Assembly (NCBI GenBank): GCA_037447605.1
Contig: CM074811.1
Span: 2,418,001 to 2,482,000 of the forward strand
Reading direction: 5' to 3'
Source: Zygnema circumcarinatum SAG 698-1b
Lineage: Eukaryota > Plantae > Zygnematophyceae
DNA length: 64,000 bases
Below are positions 38,157-50,321 of the stretch, in pieces (the first letter of the stretch is position 1; the number at the start of each line of letters is the position of its first letter). Below the pieces are notes generated by a model. It was not told where the DNA came from and ran no database searches. It saw only the letters and a program-made list of their open reading frames with translations. The position numbers and the translations under genes are program-made.

Positions 38157-39914
38157 ATGCTGCAAGCGGCGGCAGACCGACTCTCCATGAGCTGCGGGAC
38201 GTTTCTTGCAGGGAGCAGTGGTCTGGGATTCCGCTTGGGGGCAGCGGCAAAGGAGGCGTCTGGTTGCTGCTGCAAGTTGGGTGTGGGAGGGAGAGAGGCG
38301 TTGTTGACGGGGGACGGAGTGCAGCTGCGTCTTGGTCTTACCCCGATTTCCGGAAGGAGAGTTCAGGAACGAGCTTTGGTAGGGATTGGGAGGATGGGGA
38401 ACTCGCAACGGCGCGCGGGAGTGGCGCATGCGACGGCAGAAGATAAATCAGGTTGAAGACTCGCTTGAGACCCACTTGCCTGTCATGTCTTATTTTTGTT
38501 TATTTTATGTATGTAGCAGCTCCTACGATCGCTTGCTCTTCTTTGTATCCGCACGAAACTGATGGCCTCCCGTTCTTGCTTTGCTCCGGCCAGTTACAAA
38601 GGTCCAGGTATCGGATGAGGAATGGCGCAAAAATCTGACCCCAGAGCAGTTCCGAGTGGCTCGAAAGAAAGGCACGGAGAGGCCGTTCACCGGGTATGCG
38701 ATTTTTCTAATCCATTTACTTTCCGGTGCATGTCGGACACCTTGGCCTCTGTCTCTAAGGTCCGCGCTGTAGGCACTAGGTAGAAGGTTTATGTTTCATT
38801 TCAATTTTTCGCATATAATAGTGCTTATTGCACTGAAACAGTTTCCTGTATCTGTGTTCAATTGTCGTGTGATATCGCAGCCCACATGTCAGTGGGTGCG
38901 TCTGTGTGCCCCGCCCCCCCCCCCTCCTCGCGTCCTCCTTAGCAAAATCAGTCTTTCTTACACTTTGAGGGTTGGGAAACTTGGGCCTTTTCGACTGCAT
39001 TTTTTTCACGATGCACTTCTCTGAAAGCCTGACGGAAAATTTTGGGTGTTTGCAGCCAATATTGGAATGAAAAGAGAGCGGGGATGTACAAATGTATCTG
39101 CTGTGAAACTCCCTTGTTCAGGTAGGCTCAATAGGGCGAAACGCTATTCACCGCTCGTTGTATTCTGCACTTGTCAATTTTATGCCACAAGCTCTCATGG
39201 CCTTGATACAGCAGCGAAAGTGCGGTTACTGATTGGATAGCGATTGGCCCGTCGTAGGAGAAAGAAGCATGCAGGGGACGGATTTCTGCAACTTTGCTGT
39301 TCTCTTTGCTTGGTCTTGATCGGGATACAATTACAGGAACAAACCATAATGAGCTTCCTGTCTCTTTGGGCAGCTCGGAGACCAAATTCGACAGTGGAAC
39401 AGGATGGCCCTCGTACTGGGATATGGTCGAACGCAACGTGGCAGAGCATGCGGATTGGTCCATTCCCTTCATGCCACGTGTGGAAGTTTTGTGCAAAGCC
39501 TGCGATGCCCACCTTGGTCACGTGTTTGATGACGGCCCGCGGCCCACTGGCAAGCGCTACTGCATCAACAGGTGAGATCTCTGGAGACGGAAGTATGGTG
39601 TCTGTTGGAAGGTCTCTTTTTTGCTGATACTCTGAGTGGAGGGTGAGGAATGCGGGTGTGTTTAGGCGGGTATTGGCGAGTCGAGGTAGACGATAGGCTG
39701 ACAATGCATGAAGCAGGCGAGTTGGAAACTGTTTTCTGGCACACACTAGGAATATTGGAGACACTTTGTGCTTTACTTCTTTATTCGACCGAGTACAGCT
39801 GGAGTGACGAATGTGAAGATCCTTGGCGTGAGGAACTTGGTGCGACTCTTAATTTTTTGTTACGTTTTATTGGGCTGCAGTGCATCTCTCAAGTTCGAGC
39901 CAAAGAAACAGTAA
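38157..39914 (+). CDS. MSRB1: Peptide methionine-R-sulfoxide reductase B, plastid MSRB1-type
   Basis: Transit-like exon 38157-38451, then [29 protein letters not shown] / [22 protein letters not shown] / [52 protein letters not shown] / [10 protein letters not shown]. SelR motifs with two CxxC pairs. The N-terminal exon is less certain. Confidence 0.9.
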
Positions 39915-40261
39915 GGAAGTGGCCAAGATCTGAACTCTGGTGCGGCTGCGAGCTGAGTTCAGGAGAAAGAATATTGACACCATTGTCGTCTTTGGCACTC
40001 ATGTAGCATACGATTATATGAACTGTTACAGATAGAATGACACTAGTGAAAAAATTATGGAGGTGTACGGTTACTCACTTTATAGATATTCAATGTTGAA
40101 GGGTACGTTAATGCAAATACGTAAACAGTAGATGCTGATGAGATTGGCATTGCCATGTTGGAGTGGAGATTTCATTGCTTTCTGTACATGCACGAAAGGT
40201 CGTTCTGCTTTTTGCAGCAGCTAATTGTTCTCCCTCTCCATCCTCTACTCACTCTCCCTGT

Positions 40262-40315
40262 CCCCCCCCCCCCCCCCCCCCCCCCCCCCNNNNNNNNNNC
40301 CCCCCCCCCCCCCCC
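40262..40315. repeat. Poly-C homopolymer interrupted by an N-gap between the convergent MSRB1 and DDB2 3' ends
   Basis: 28 C, 10 N, 16 C. Confidence 0.8.
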
Positions 40316-40502
40316 ACCTCCTCTCCAATTGTGGCAGTAAACAAAAAGCAGTTTTCAAAGCACCTTTTTGTTTCCAAGCTTGCTTTATGGCACCATGCTT
40401 CAGAAGATGCTGAACTGAACTTCATTCCTTGCTACATCTAAGTGACTACAGGACGGAATCTCCCACGAGATGAGTTTCCATGCATGCCACAGCCTTCTGA
40501 CA

Positions 40503-43500
40503 TTATTTCGCAGATTTTCTTGGTTTGTAATCATCATCACTCCCCCCTTCCTCTACTCCTGACTCATCGTCCTCCTCTGCATCGTCCTCACTTCCACTCT
40601 CTGCAGCCTCTACCTTCTTTCCTCTCCCTCTACCTTTCTGAGCTACTTTACTTCCCTCTCTTTCACCTGCTACAGCTTGAGCACTGCCTTGAACTGATCT
40701 ACGCGTCTGCCTTCGCTGCGTCTGCATATTTTTTTCGCTCGTTCCCGTCTCCTGCTTCCCTGCAGTCGCACCCTTTTTTTGTTTCTGACGACTGGTTTCT
40801 CCTTTTACGTCCTCTTTGTCGGGCCCCTCCTCCCGCGCCTTCCCGCTCCCTCTCTTCGGCACTACTCTCCCCTCACCTCTATCCGCTTCCTCTCCACTCC
40901 CATCTCCCTCACCGTCATCCTCATCCTCCTCCGTACCTCTCCTTCTCCCTCTCTTCTTTCCCTGCACGGGGTCGCCATTTCCTGCTTTTGCTTTCTTCCC
41001 TACATCCTGCACCACGACCTCCATCACTCTCCTATTGGGGCCATACGTTTTCTCTTCACCTTTCCCTGTAGCATTTTTTGTTCCGGTCTCCACTTTAAGG
41101 GCCTTACTTCCTTTCCCTGCCACCTTTTTCTTTGGCTCATCGTCGTCATCATCAGAATCACCCCCCTTCTTCTTTCCTCGTCCGCCCTTCCTTCCCCCTC
41201 CCTCATCAGCATCATAAATCTGTATTCGTATCGTTCTCTCTGAAGGACCTGCCTCACTTTGTTTCTTCTGATCCTCCTCCTCCTCCTCAGCCGGCCTCCA
41301 TACAAACAAAGACCTGCAAAGTTTAACCTTATGCTGTTAACACATACAAACAAACAACAAATTTCATACGAGACAACAACATACGATTAGCTCTGAAACC
41401 CTTATCGCTGCTGCGCCTCACCTTGAGCTTCCAGTAACCATGAGATCGAGGCGGGGATGCGGCTTATTCACAGGACAAATTGTAGTGAGGTTGGGATCAA
41501 AAACTGCCGCTACAAGGGCTCCCGTGGTGGAATCAATAAAGTCCACCGGATGCAAAGCAACGCCGTTATAGTCATCGCTGATGTACCTTCCACACACAAT
41601 CAGACTCTCTGTCGGATCCTGCAAGAGTAAAACTCTCCGCTCAAATCAGCACAAGCAAATACTCGAACCTTTGCTCCTGGAGCAGGCAACTTGCAGCATA
41701 GAACTTTGGATCACCTACAAGCGAGTCTGGCAATGCCCTAAAGAATGTCCCGCAAACCCGAAAGCTGTGGCTTAAGCTGACCTTAGGGTCCCACTCTGCA
41801 CGGAATGCCGTGAGGTAGCGGTTGAAGTCGTGCGAGTGCACTATCTCCCTGCTCGCCTCGCTGAGATCATCGTAAAGATAGTCCCACACCCGTAGCCGGT
41901 TGTCCTGACAGGTGGTCAGCAGCTTCTGCCCTGAGAGCTGCACAAATGAACAAGGCCTGCGTCAGCTAAGGACGTCAAATTGAAACAAGGGCTAGGAACC
42001 CTAAAAAAGTCTAAAGAAGGCCCTACTGCCTACGTCCACCCACTTGAAGAGCAGACGTTGAATATGGCTGTGAAGGCACACAGATGGCTTGATGGAAGGC
42101 AAGAGCATGAGGCTGCCTACCAGGAATCGGGCAATACCGGAGAGAAGTAAGCAGAGTTTACAACTCGAGGATGCGGCAATGCTGCAAGGCTTTCCTTGCT
42201 GTCTAAACGCCTTGAATCCCATATGTGAGCCTGCTCCCCAGCAATGTGAAACATGGAAGCTGAACGTAGGATTCCTTATGTCATCTGATCGCATAGCATA
42301 CGTCATAGCAAATCTCTCGTCTGTTTCGATATGTGACTGCTTCTGGTGGTTCCCTGCATGGCAGGACTCAGAGGAGAGACAGAAAAAAGTGAAAATAGAG
42401 AGGTAATTTGCACAGAATCGTACCATATGGTCATTTCCACCGCTGACGAAAAGGTCTGGATTGGCCGGATTGCAGTGAAGTGAGGTGACTTTCGTTCCCT
42501 TCTTATGAATGAACTCTGCCCCAGTCAGAGGCTTCTTTGCTCTTGCATCCAGTCTGCTCCCACCACCCACAAAAGAAGATAACCATTCACGAACGTGATA
42601 AGAGAAAAGCGAATGCTGTGTGAGGGTAAGAAGGAAGGAAGCATTTTGGGATCTAAAGCAACAGCAAGTCTTACAAGTCCCTGTCCTCCCATTCCCTCTC
42701 CCTTCCTTCCTTCCTTCCCTGCCTTTCTTCCTCTCCCTCTCTGCCCCATTAACACCAACCTGTGTAGGTTTCCAATGTCATCTCCCGCCAACACGAGCCC
42801 TCGCTCTGAGTTCACATCCATGGCGTAGAAGCTCCGCCACGTGGCAAGATCTCCCTGCTCGCCTTCCCCCTCTGTTACTAACAGAAAAGCACGCAAGATA
42901 CGGTGCCAATTGAAGGTGACTTGACTAAGATGAGTTCCTCCTCTCCCACTGCGACTATACCTCGCACCTTCTCTCCTTCTCCCCGCATTGCCCCACTCTC
43001 CACTCCCACCTGCCATCCATGGGGGTTGATGTCGACCAGTGTCTCCTCGAATCCTGTCTCCAAGTCCGAAAGGCAAATCTTGCCATCTAAGGAAGAAGTG
43101 TACACATTTACGTCATCTTCTGCATGGAACCTGCACAGAAACAGTTTCTGGGTTGTTCAGTTCAGTTCAGTTCAGTTCAAGACCAGCTGCAGTACCCTAC
43201 AGTTACATGGGTTCTATGATTCGTGCGAGTCTTCTAGGCATACCGGATGCTGCTGATGAGGTAGTGGTGGATATTGCTGTACACCGTTTTCTCAAATACT
43301 TTCTGAAAATCCCAAACGCCCACCTGCCCTTTCTGCAAAAAAGACACAGACCCATCAGGGGGTTAAGGGCTTCAGACATGGGCCGAAGCTTCTATACGAA
43401 TGAATGAATGACTGGATGAATGGACAAGGAATTGTGAGATCGGGATGGCCTTGAAGTACATGCCAGGAGCGAAGGAGCGAAGATTAGGGTTGAATGCAAA

Positions 43501-45002
43501 CGTTGAACCCACCTTATCTCCCGAGATGACGATGTTGTCCTTTGTGGGATGAAACTCCAACGCGCTCACTCTCCGACTGTGCAGCTTCACTACGGCTGCG
43601 TCTACTCGGTTGGGAATCACACCCATCCGCTTCACCTGCAAAAGAAAGTAAACGGAACATACCACTCTTTCAAATCACTTTTTTCTAAAGGCAGAAGAGC
43701 CTCAAAAACCCTAAGCGAGCAAATAAACCCTCTCCCTACAAGGGAAGGCCCTCACTGTGCCTCTAACTCCGCGCAGCTCCCTCTGCTGCACCACCTCCAG
43801 GAGGCTGCCACTCTGCCGCCGTACAGCCGGGGTGGCCCCATGTTCCGGAGCAATGCGGTGAGGACACGTGGCAGTCGTATGCCCTGCAAACCACGAGCCC
43901 TCCAACATTGCCTTGTCATGAAGAAGATGATGCAGTACATGCATGCATGCATGCATGCATCACTGCCACCCGCCGGCATGGAAGCCGTAGTAGTGAACTA
44001 ACTCCCTACCACTCTCAACTACCAATCGACTGCCATAGCGTTACCACTAGACTGTATGAACTTAGGGTCCCTGCGACTGTAAATCTTTCCTCACCGACCT
44101 TTCAGGAGGGATGGGTCTCTGAAAGGATAAGGGATAGGATAGGGAGAGAGGGGGGGCACAGGGGGGAAATAGAATAGGTGAAGGTCTTGAAAGGTTATGT
44201 CGTCTGCCTTCCTACAGCGGGACGGTCCCCTCACTAGCCATAGAAGTGAAGCTTTAAGGGCACCTGGCTGCTTGCAGAGGTAGCAGGGCTTATTGGGGCA
44301 GTCCACATAGACCGAGCCCATGAACCCAGCGACGTGCTGGTCAGACTTGCACACCTGCGCACAAAAAGCAGCAACATATGTACACACAGAGAAGCCGTTT
44401 AATTAGAAATAGTGAGTCAACAGTGTCACCTGAGTGTGAACCTGAACTAATTTAGACATGGATCAGTTTTTTTATCCACATGAGACATCACCTTCAGGCA
44501 TAGGCTGTTGTCGGTGAGACGAGCACAAACTAACAATCATATAAGTTATATGCAATTTTTTTTGTAATTTATTCTTCGTTCGTCCTCGATAATTTTTCAG
44601 AAAAAAGAGATATCTTTGAAGTCACAACGAACTTGTCCTTAACGTTTTCAAGGCCGCAAGAGTTTATGAATACTAGAATCTAAAACTTATTCCTTTCCAA
44701 CTTTTTGAGTAGCATCAGAGTGCTCCAAAAATCGGGACATAGGCTTTTCTTACATTTGTTAGGACTTCCATGCAGACAAACAGAATGCGTATTTCTGGAC
44801 GACGGTTTGAGCTAATGAAGCGTATAGCCACCGGATCCTTCACAGTATTGTTTTCTTGACAAATGATATCAATCATGGGTTTGGATACTCAGCTCATGAT
44901 CATTTAATCTCTCTTATTCTCTCTCTTACCCCCTCTATCTCTCTCTCGACCGGCTAACCCCAATCCCCATCTCCCCCCTTTTCCTCCCTCCTCTCTCTCT
45001 GT

Positions 45003-45033
<31 letters not shown>

Positions 45034-45316
45034 GCCACCCCCCTTCTCCCTCCCATTTTCTCTCTTCCCATTCCATATTTGTTCCGCTCTCTTGTCATTT
45101 ATCTCCTCTCCCCGCAAGCAGACCCACTTTGCACAGTTTCGCATTGCGCAGACTGATGTTGATCTTCCCTCTCCCTGCGGACCTTCTCGCTGCCACCTTC
45201 ACCTCCTCCTCCTCCGCTTCCTCCTCGTCCTCCTCCTCCTCTTCCTCCGACGTGCTCTTCTCCTCCCCTTCTACCTCCCCCACCATAACCCTCACGCCTC
45301 GCTGCCTCCGTGCCAT
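40503..45316 (-). CDS. DDB2: DNA damage-binding protein 2 (zinc knuckles + WD40)
   Basis: [42 protein letters not shown]; [23 protein letters not shown]; [17 protein letters not shown]; [27 protein letters not shown]; [80 protein letters not shown]. All are plant DDB2 motifs in order. Confidence 0.93.
45002..45030. repeat. (CA)n microsatellite in DDB2 intron 1
   Basis: Directly visible. Confidence 0.85.
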
Positions 45317-45488
45317 TCTTCTCCCTCCCTCCACCTCGCTCCCTCTTGCTGCCACCTCCCCGCGACCCCGCCCGCCCGCCCGCCCTGCGCGCCCTGCGCC
45401 CCCTAACCCTAACCCTAACTCTTTCCCGCCCGCCCCCAGCGCCCCTTGCGACAGTATCCCTCCCCGGCCTCAGCTCGCGGCTCGTCTT

Positions 45489-45917
45489 TAGGGTTGGGGG
45501 CACGGTCCCCCTCCGACCCGTGCCCAGGGGCACGTGCCCCCCCCCCCCTTGGGGGGGACATGCCCCTTTTTCGTGCCCCGTGACGTGACTGCATTGAGCA
45601 ATTCAAATCGGCCCCAAAAAGAATATAATATTTTAAAAACGGTACGAATGAACGTACGGAAAGTACAGATAAATGTACTAAACGTACGGATAAAGGTACA
45701 AATGTACGGAAAAACAATGAAAAGTACGGACAGTACTCAACACAACAATCGTCACCGGCCCGGGCCCGGTCGTACGAGGTAAGCGTCACGTGACAGGGGG
45801 CACGGGGGGGCACGAAATATATGGGGAAAATTTTTGGAGGCGTGCCCCGGGCACGGACGGTCAAAAATGGGGGGCATGCCCCCCGGGCATGCCCGTGCCC
45901 CCGTGCCCCCAACCCTA
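45489..45917. mobile_element. hAT-family MITE (429 bp) about 170 bp upstream of the DDB2 start codon
   Basis: Perfect 17-bp TIRs TAGGGTTGGGGGCACGG / CCGTGCCCCCAACCCTA; perfect 8-bp TSD CTCGTCTT at 45481..45488 and 45918..45925; subterminal GGGGCAC repeats. Confidence 0.93.
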
Positions 45918-46392
45918 CTCGTCTTGCCGGGCCCGGGAACAGAGGGCTCCGTCAACAGTCGGCTCCGTCAACAGTCCGTAACGTACAGGTCCGTATATTA
46001 ATGACGTGGTCAATACATATTGGCCCACGTAAGGAATTGTTGAGACGTGGGGAGCTGGGATTGGTTGTTCTCATTGCTGTCGCATGCCCGACAAGTAAGT
46101 ACGGTACAAAGGATTTGGATGAGAATCGGAGAAGTACGAACGGGGCGGCCGTACGGTCCAATGTGGTGCCCAAAGACAGAAGCGACAAGGTAGGAGGCGT
46201 CAGCAGAATCATTGTGGCCGGAGCCACCGACCAGCGAGGGGTGCGACTACTGTACGGACAGGTCGGCTATAGTCGATAGGGCGGCCATATTTGTCGTTTG
46301 ATATCAGGACGGAAATATCGCCACCTCCCCTGGCGTATCGGCTGTGACCGATCGACCGACACAAGTTGCTGTCGTACGCGGCCGGCCGCTAC

Positions 46393-46707
46393 TGTTGAGA
46401 ATCCGACATTCTCAGTTTTGTCGTACTATTTTGTCGTTTTCCCAGCCACGTGTACTTACACCTGGCTGTCCTTTTAGCTTGTACTTTCACTGTTAGTTTA
46501 GTTGTGCCTTTGCGGCTCTGTGCTTACACCCAGCCGCCCTTACTCAGGCTAGTTCCACACTCTTTTGTCGTGTAGCTCTAGCCGCAATGTATATAAAACA
46601 GATTAGGACATTGTACTTTTCACCACGTTAATCACACATCTGTCTTTTGTGTCAACTCTCTCTGTCCTCACTTTGATCGTACAATGTCCACTCCGTCTTT
46701 TTCAATA
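46393..46707 (+). mobile_element. Solo LTR (315 bp)
   Basis: Termini TGTTGAGAA...TTTTTCAATA (CA decayed to TA); perfect 5-bp TSD GCTAC at 46388..46392 and 46708..46712; internal TATATAAAA box near 46590. Confidence 0.85.
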
Positions 46708-46964
46708 GCTACAGTACCCCTATTGTACACCACATGAGGGAGGGAGGGAAGGGCGGGAGGGGGGGAGGGAGGAGAGAAGGGACGGCGAGGGCGAGGGCGA
46801 GATGGAGTGACCGCGCTTTAGGTTGAAAACGGAGAAATTCGCACGCGTTGCGCCGGGCGGCAGTTTGGCGTTGACGCGGCGCGACATTTTCGGCGGCTGC
46901 GATTGGCCGAGCGGAGGCTGCCGGCGGGCGGGGACAGGAGTCTCACAGATCGCAATGGCGTTTG

Positions 46965-49040
46965 CAGCGCGACAGCGATTATTCACTCATGTGGCAATCG
47001 GCAACTAGAGGAACTCAACCGTAACTCAACGGTTGAGTGCGTTGGACGATGTTTGGCCGACAGACCGCTTGGAGCAAGCGGCACATTGGTGAACACGTCA
47101 CTAGATAGGGCAAAGATGGCAGAATATGACATGGCACAAACGAGATCGGCTTTTTCTTGAAACAGTACATATAAAAAAAAACCAAGTGCAAAGCTTATCC
47201 GACAAGTCCATTCATTGAAAACATATTGTTCCCCGCCTGCCATCACTGTAAGTGAATCACAATTGGTCCAAAATAGCTCCTTGCTTATTAAGTACGAAAC
47301 ATTTCTGATGGAGACTACTCCCACTCCTTGGCGGCCCGCAAAACTCCTAACCACCCTTTGGTCAAACAACGGCCAGTATAAGTTACCCCTATCCCGTAGA
47401 AGCGGCAGCAGCCATAATCCGCTTGCTCTTCCTGCGGCGTTTGAAGCGAAGGTTTCAACTCTCGCAGGTGCTCCCCCTCCACCTGCCAACGCTTAGCACG
47501 AAGCCTTGTACACACCTCCACTTACTGTATATTTGCAGCCAATGGCGGTGACCAGAGTCGTCAAAGAGTACGACCCCGTCAAAGAAGTGTAATAAGTAGG
47601 GCAACCGTTGACGTTTCCCCCGGAAAGAGCCCCCGCCACATTCGCACCGTTGTAGGGACTAAAGATCGGCCCTCCGCTCATTCCCCCTTCTACGGAGACG
47701 TCATCGCACATGATTGCCGAGGAGTAGCCATTGCAACCGAGATTCAGCGAAGTTGTGGTCACGTCGTAAACGAGCTTGAACCCATCCTGGGTTGCAGCAG
47801 GATAGCCGAAATTGGCGCGTGGGTTGGCGGAGGAAGGGCTGCTCCATGAGTACGTCTGCCCTCCAATGTTGTTCTGCAGCTTCACTAAAGCAATGTCACT
47901 GCCGGCGTTGAGAGTATTTCCCCACGAGGGTGCCGACTGAAACGCAGAAAACACCATGACATTCGAGTAGTAGGATCCGGAGTAAGAGCTGTCAGATCTT
48001 GTGTTCAACTTTGTGAACGCTGCCAGGTTGTAGGAGGACACCAACCACACGTTCTTGTCGGTGTCATACAGGCAGTGGCCAGCTGTCAGCACGAGGTTGG
48101 GGGCGATCAGCGATCCCGAGCAGTGAGCTACCCACTGACCGTTGCTGTTCGAATAAGCAAGCTTCACAACCCCCGAGCTCATGCCGCTGTCCTCGAACCC
48201 TGGAATGACAGCTGCGGCGGGTAAACCCTGGTTGCAGTTCAGGAACCCCTTCGGAGCTAAGGCCTTGGCCTCCTTGGAGCCGTAGCGGATGAACCGAGCG
48301 CCGGATCCACCGACCGTGGGCAGAGTCATGTAGCCAGAAAAGGTCATATTTTTGGGAAAAGGTAAATGCTTGTTCGTCGAGGGGGCTTTGAAGCCCACTG
48401 TTGCCGGGGGAGTGCTCGCCAACTCTCTCCGTGCCACGCCAGGCAGCTCCGCTGCGCTCGTGGACGAATCCGAGTCCGGCTCGGCATGTTTGGGGAGAGA
48501 ACTGCATCAAAATTGCAGACTTGATTATTACAAAGGAGGGTTTGGGAGTGTTCGCAAGGGTGTGGAGAAGATGAGAAGACAAAGGCAGCAGGTCAGACAC
48601 TGAGCACAGTACAGTCAGCTAAATACAAGAAGAAATTCATACATGTCAATTATGCGGCCCGCGCTGTCACACACAACGCCCTCCAACTGATCGCAGCCCG
48701 CCCTCTCCACCAAGGCCTTCAGGTTCAAGAGAAGTTTCTCTGCACGCAGCAAGTCGTGGCAGCTGAATCAACGATCAGAAAGTAGTGGCATAAATGCATG
48801 ATTCCATTCGAACCCATCTACTTGAAGCTGTGCTATTGGCAATATGGCAACGAGCTCAGAACTGCAGTAGAATGCAAGGCGTGACCTCACCTTGGTCTGG
48901 ATCAAGGGGCACCGCACGAGTGAAAATAGGCAGCGCCACCAGGAGGGCGCAGATGAGGAGAGGGCAGATACGCGCGAGTGGAAGGGCATCCATGGTCATA
49001 GCTGCCCGCGAGGGAGGGAGGGGGGGAGGGAGGGAGGGAG
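46965..49040. repeat. About 2.1-kb dispersed duplication, paired with about 59845..61985
   Basis: Colinear similarity spanning the 3' flank, all three exons, both introns and the GAGG-rich 5' leader of the protease gene; offset about 12.9 kb. Confidence 0.9.
47493..48993 (-). CDS. Secreted trypsin-fold (S1, V8/Mpr-like) serine protease with LRR N-cap module, copy A (402 aa)
   Basis: Exon 1 48993-48891 (103 nt, signal peptide MDALPLARICPLLICALLVALPIFTRAVPLDPDQ); exon 2 48739-48643 (97 nt, EKLLLNLKALVERAGCDQLEGVVCDSAGRIID); exon 3 48501-47493 (1009 nt) with CSGSLIAPNLVLTAGHC, SDIALVKL, GYP and GMSGGP (complete His-Asp-Ser triad). Phases join in frame. Confidence 0.88.
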
Positions 49041-49630
49041 GGAGGAAGGCGGTGAGAGCAAGCGGGGAGGTCAGAGAGCGTTCCGGAATGTTGCTACGCT
49101 GCAAAGCGGAGTTCCGCTAAGTACTCGCCGGGCTTGCCGTCTGCCGTACGGCCCCGGAGGGTGGCCGCCAGAAGGATCCTGGATGACGTGGCGTGCTCCT
49201 ATTCGGTTGTTTGAAAATCAGTGTGTTGCAAACCAATCAGGAGCCACCGACAAGCCGTCGGCTTGTGCGACAGGCGGAAGGCGGTCGCCGAGTCGCCCGC
49301 GATCGCGTCGCAGAGGCTGTGATTGGCGGAGAACGTCGCTGAAGTCGCCGGATTCGAATCGCACCGTTCGAGCGCGGGTGGCTGTCGGTACAGGGGAGAG
49401 GTCAACGGCGGACAGCGAACGGCGCGCCGGTGCGGGCGATCCCGTGCCAAAACGAGTACTCTTTATCGATTGGATAACTATATTGCAAAATTACTCGTTC
49501 GGAAAACGGACCGGGCGACAGTTTCGTCCGCAGTAATACTGCGATTGCGGGTTCGATGAATCGGACAAGGAAAATGCCTCGTCGGATGGCAAGGTTGATT
49601 TTCTTTTACGATTGCGAGTTCCATGTTCCA

Positions 49631-50110
49631 GAGTGACTTCCTTGAACAGATCAGCCGCCGGATTCGCAGGAAAGACATTTTTGACTTCAAAGACCGAATC
49701 GGATCTCTCCAAGTCATCCGGGATGCGCCAGCTGCGATCCCGCCAGCTGGCCAGTACGGCTGCCACGCTGTGTGTCATCGCGGCTCCGAGTTTTCTCCAG
49801 GCGAGTGGTGATGACGTGGCGCCTTCGAGGCGGCAATGATCCTTCTGGCGGCTCCACGGGCGCAGGGACTTGGCGGCGACACGTGGGGACCCCTTGATGA
49901 CTAGCGCTGATGGTTGTTGTTGTCGTGAGGGGATCATGGAACTCGCAATCGTAACCCGGAGCCGCGATGACACACAGCGTGGCCGCTGTACTGGCCAGCT
50001 GGCGGGATCGCAGTGGGCGCATCCTGGATGACTTGGCGAGATCCGTTTCGGTCTTTGAAGTCAATGCTTTCCTGCGAATCCGGTGCTTGATCTGTTCAAG
50101 GAAGTCACTC
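49631..50110. repeat. Long imperfect inverted repeat (arms about 157 bp, spacer about 165 bp)
   Basis: GAGTGACTTCCTTGAACAGATC...CATCGCGGCTCCG (49631..~49787) is the reverse complement of CGGAGCCGCGATGAC...GATCTGTTCAAGGAAGTCACTC (~49957..50110). No TSD found. Confidence 0.85.
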
Positions 50111-50321
50111 AAGGGGGCGGTTGGGCCTACAAGGAAAGTCGGGTTCCGCCCAGGACAAGAAACAAAAGACGTTGTTCCCCTTGTTGTGAATGCATGTTGT
50201 TGTTGTTGTTGTTGCTGCGGTTACGCGAGACCGGCTCTCTGCGATGCGGAGCTGATCGACGCAGAGTGTGGTGGCGACACATGGCACAAGCCGGGACTTT
50301 GCCCCTTTGTCCACCTCCCAT

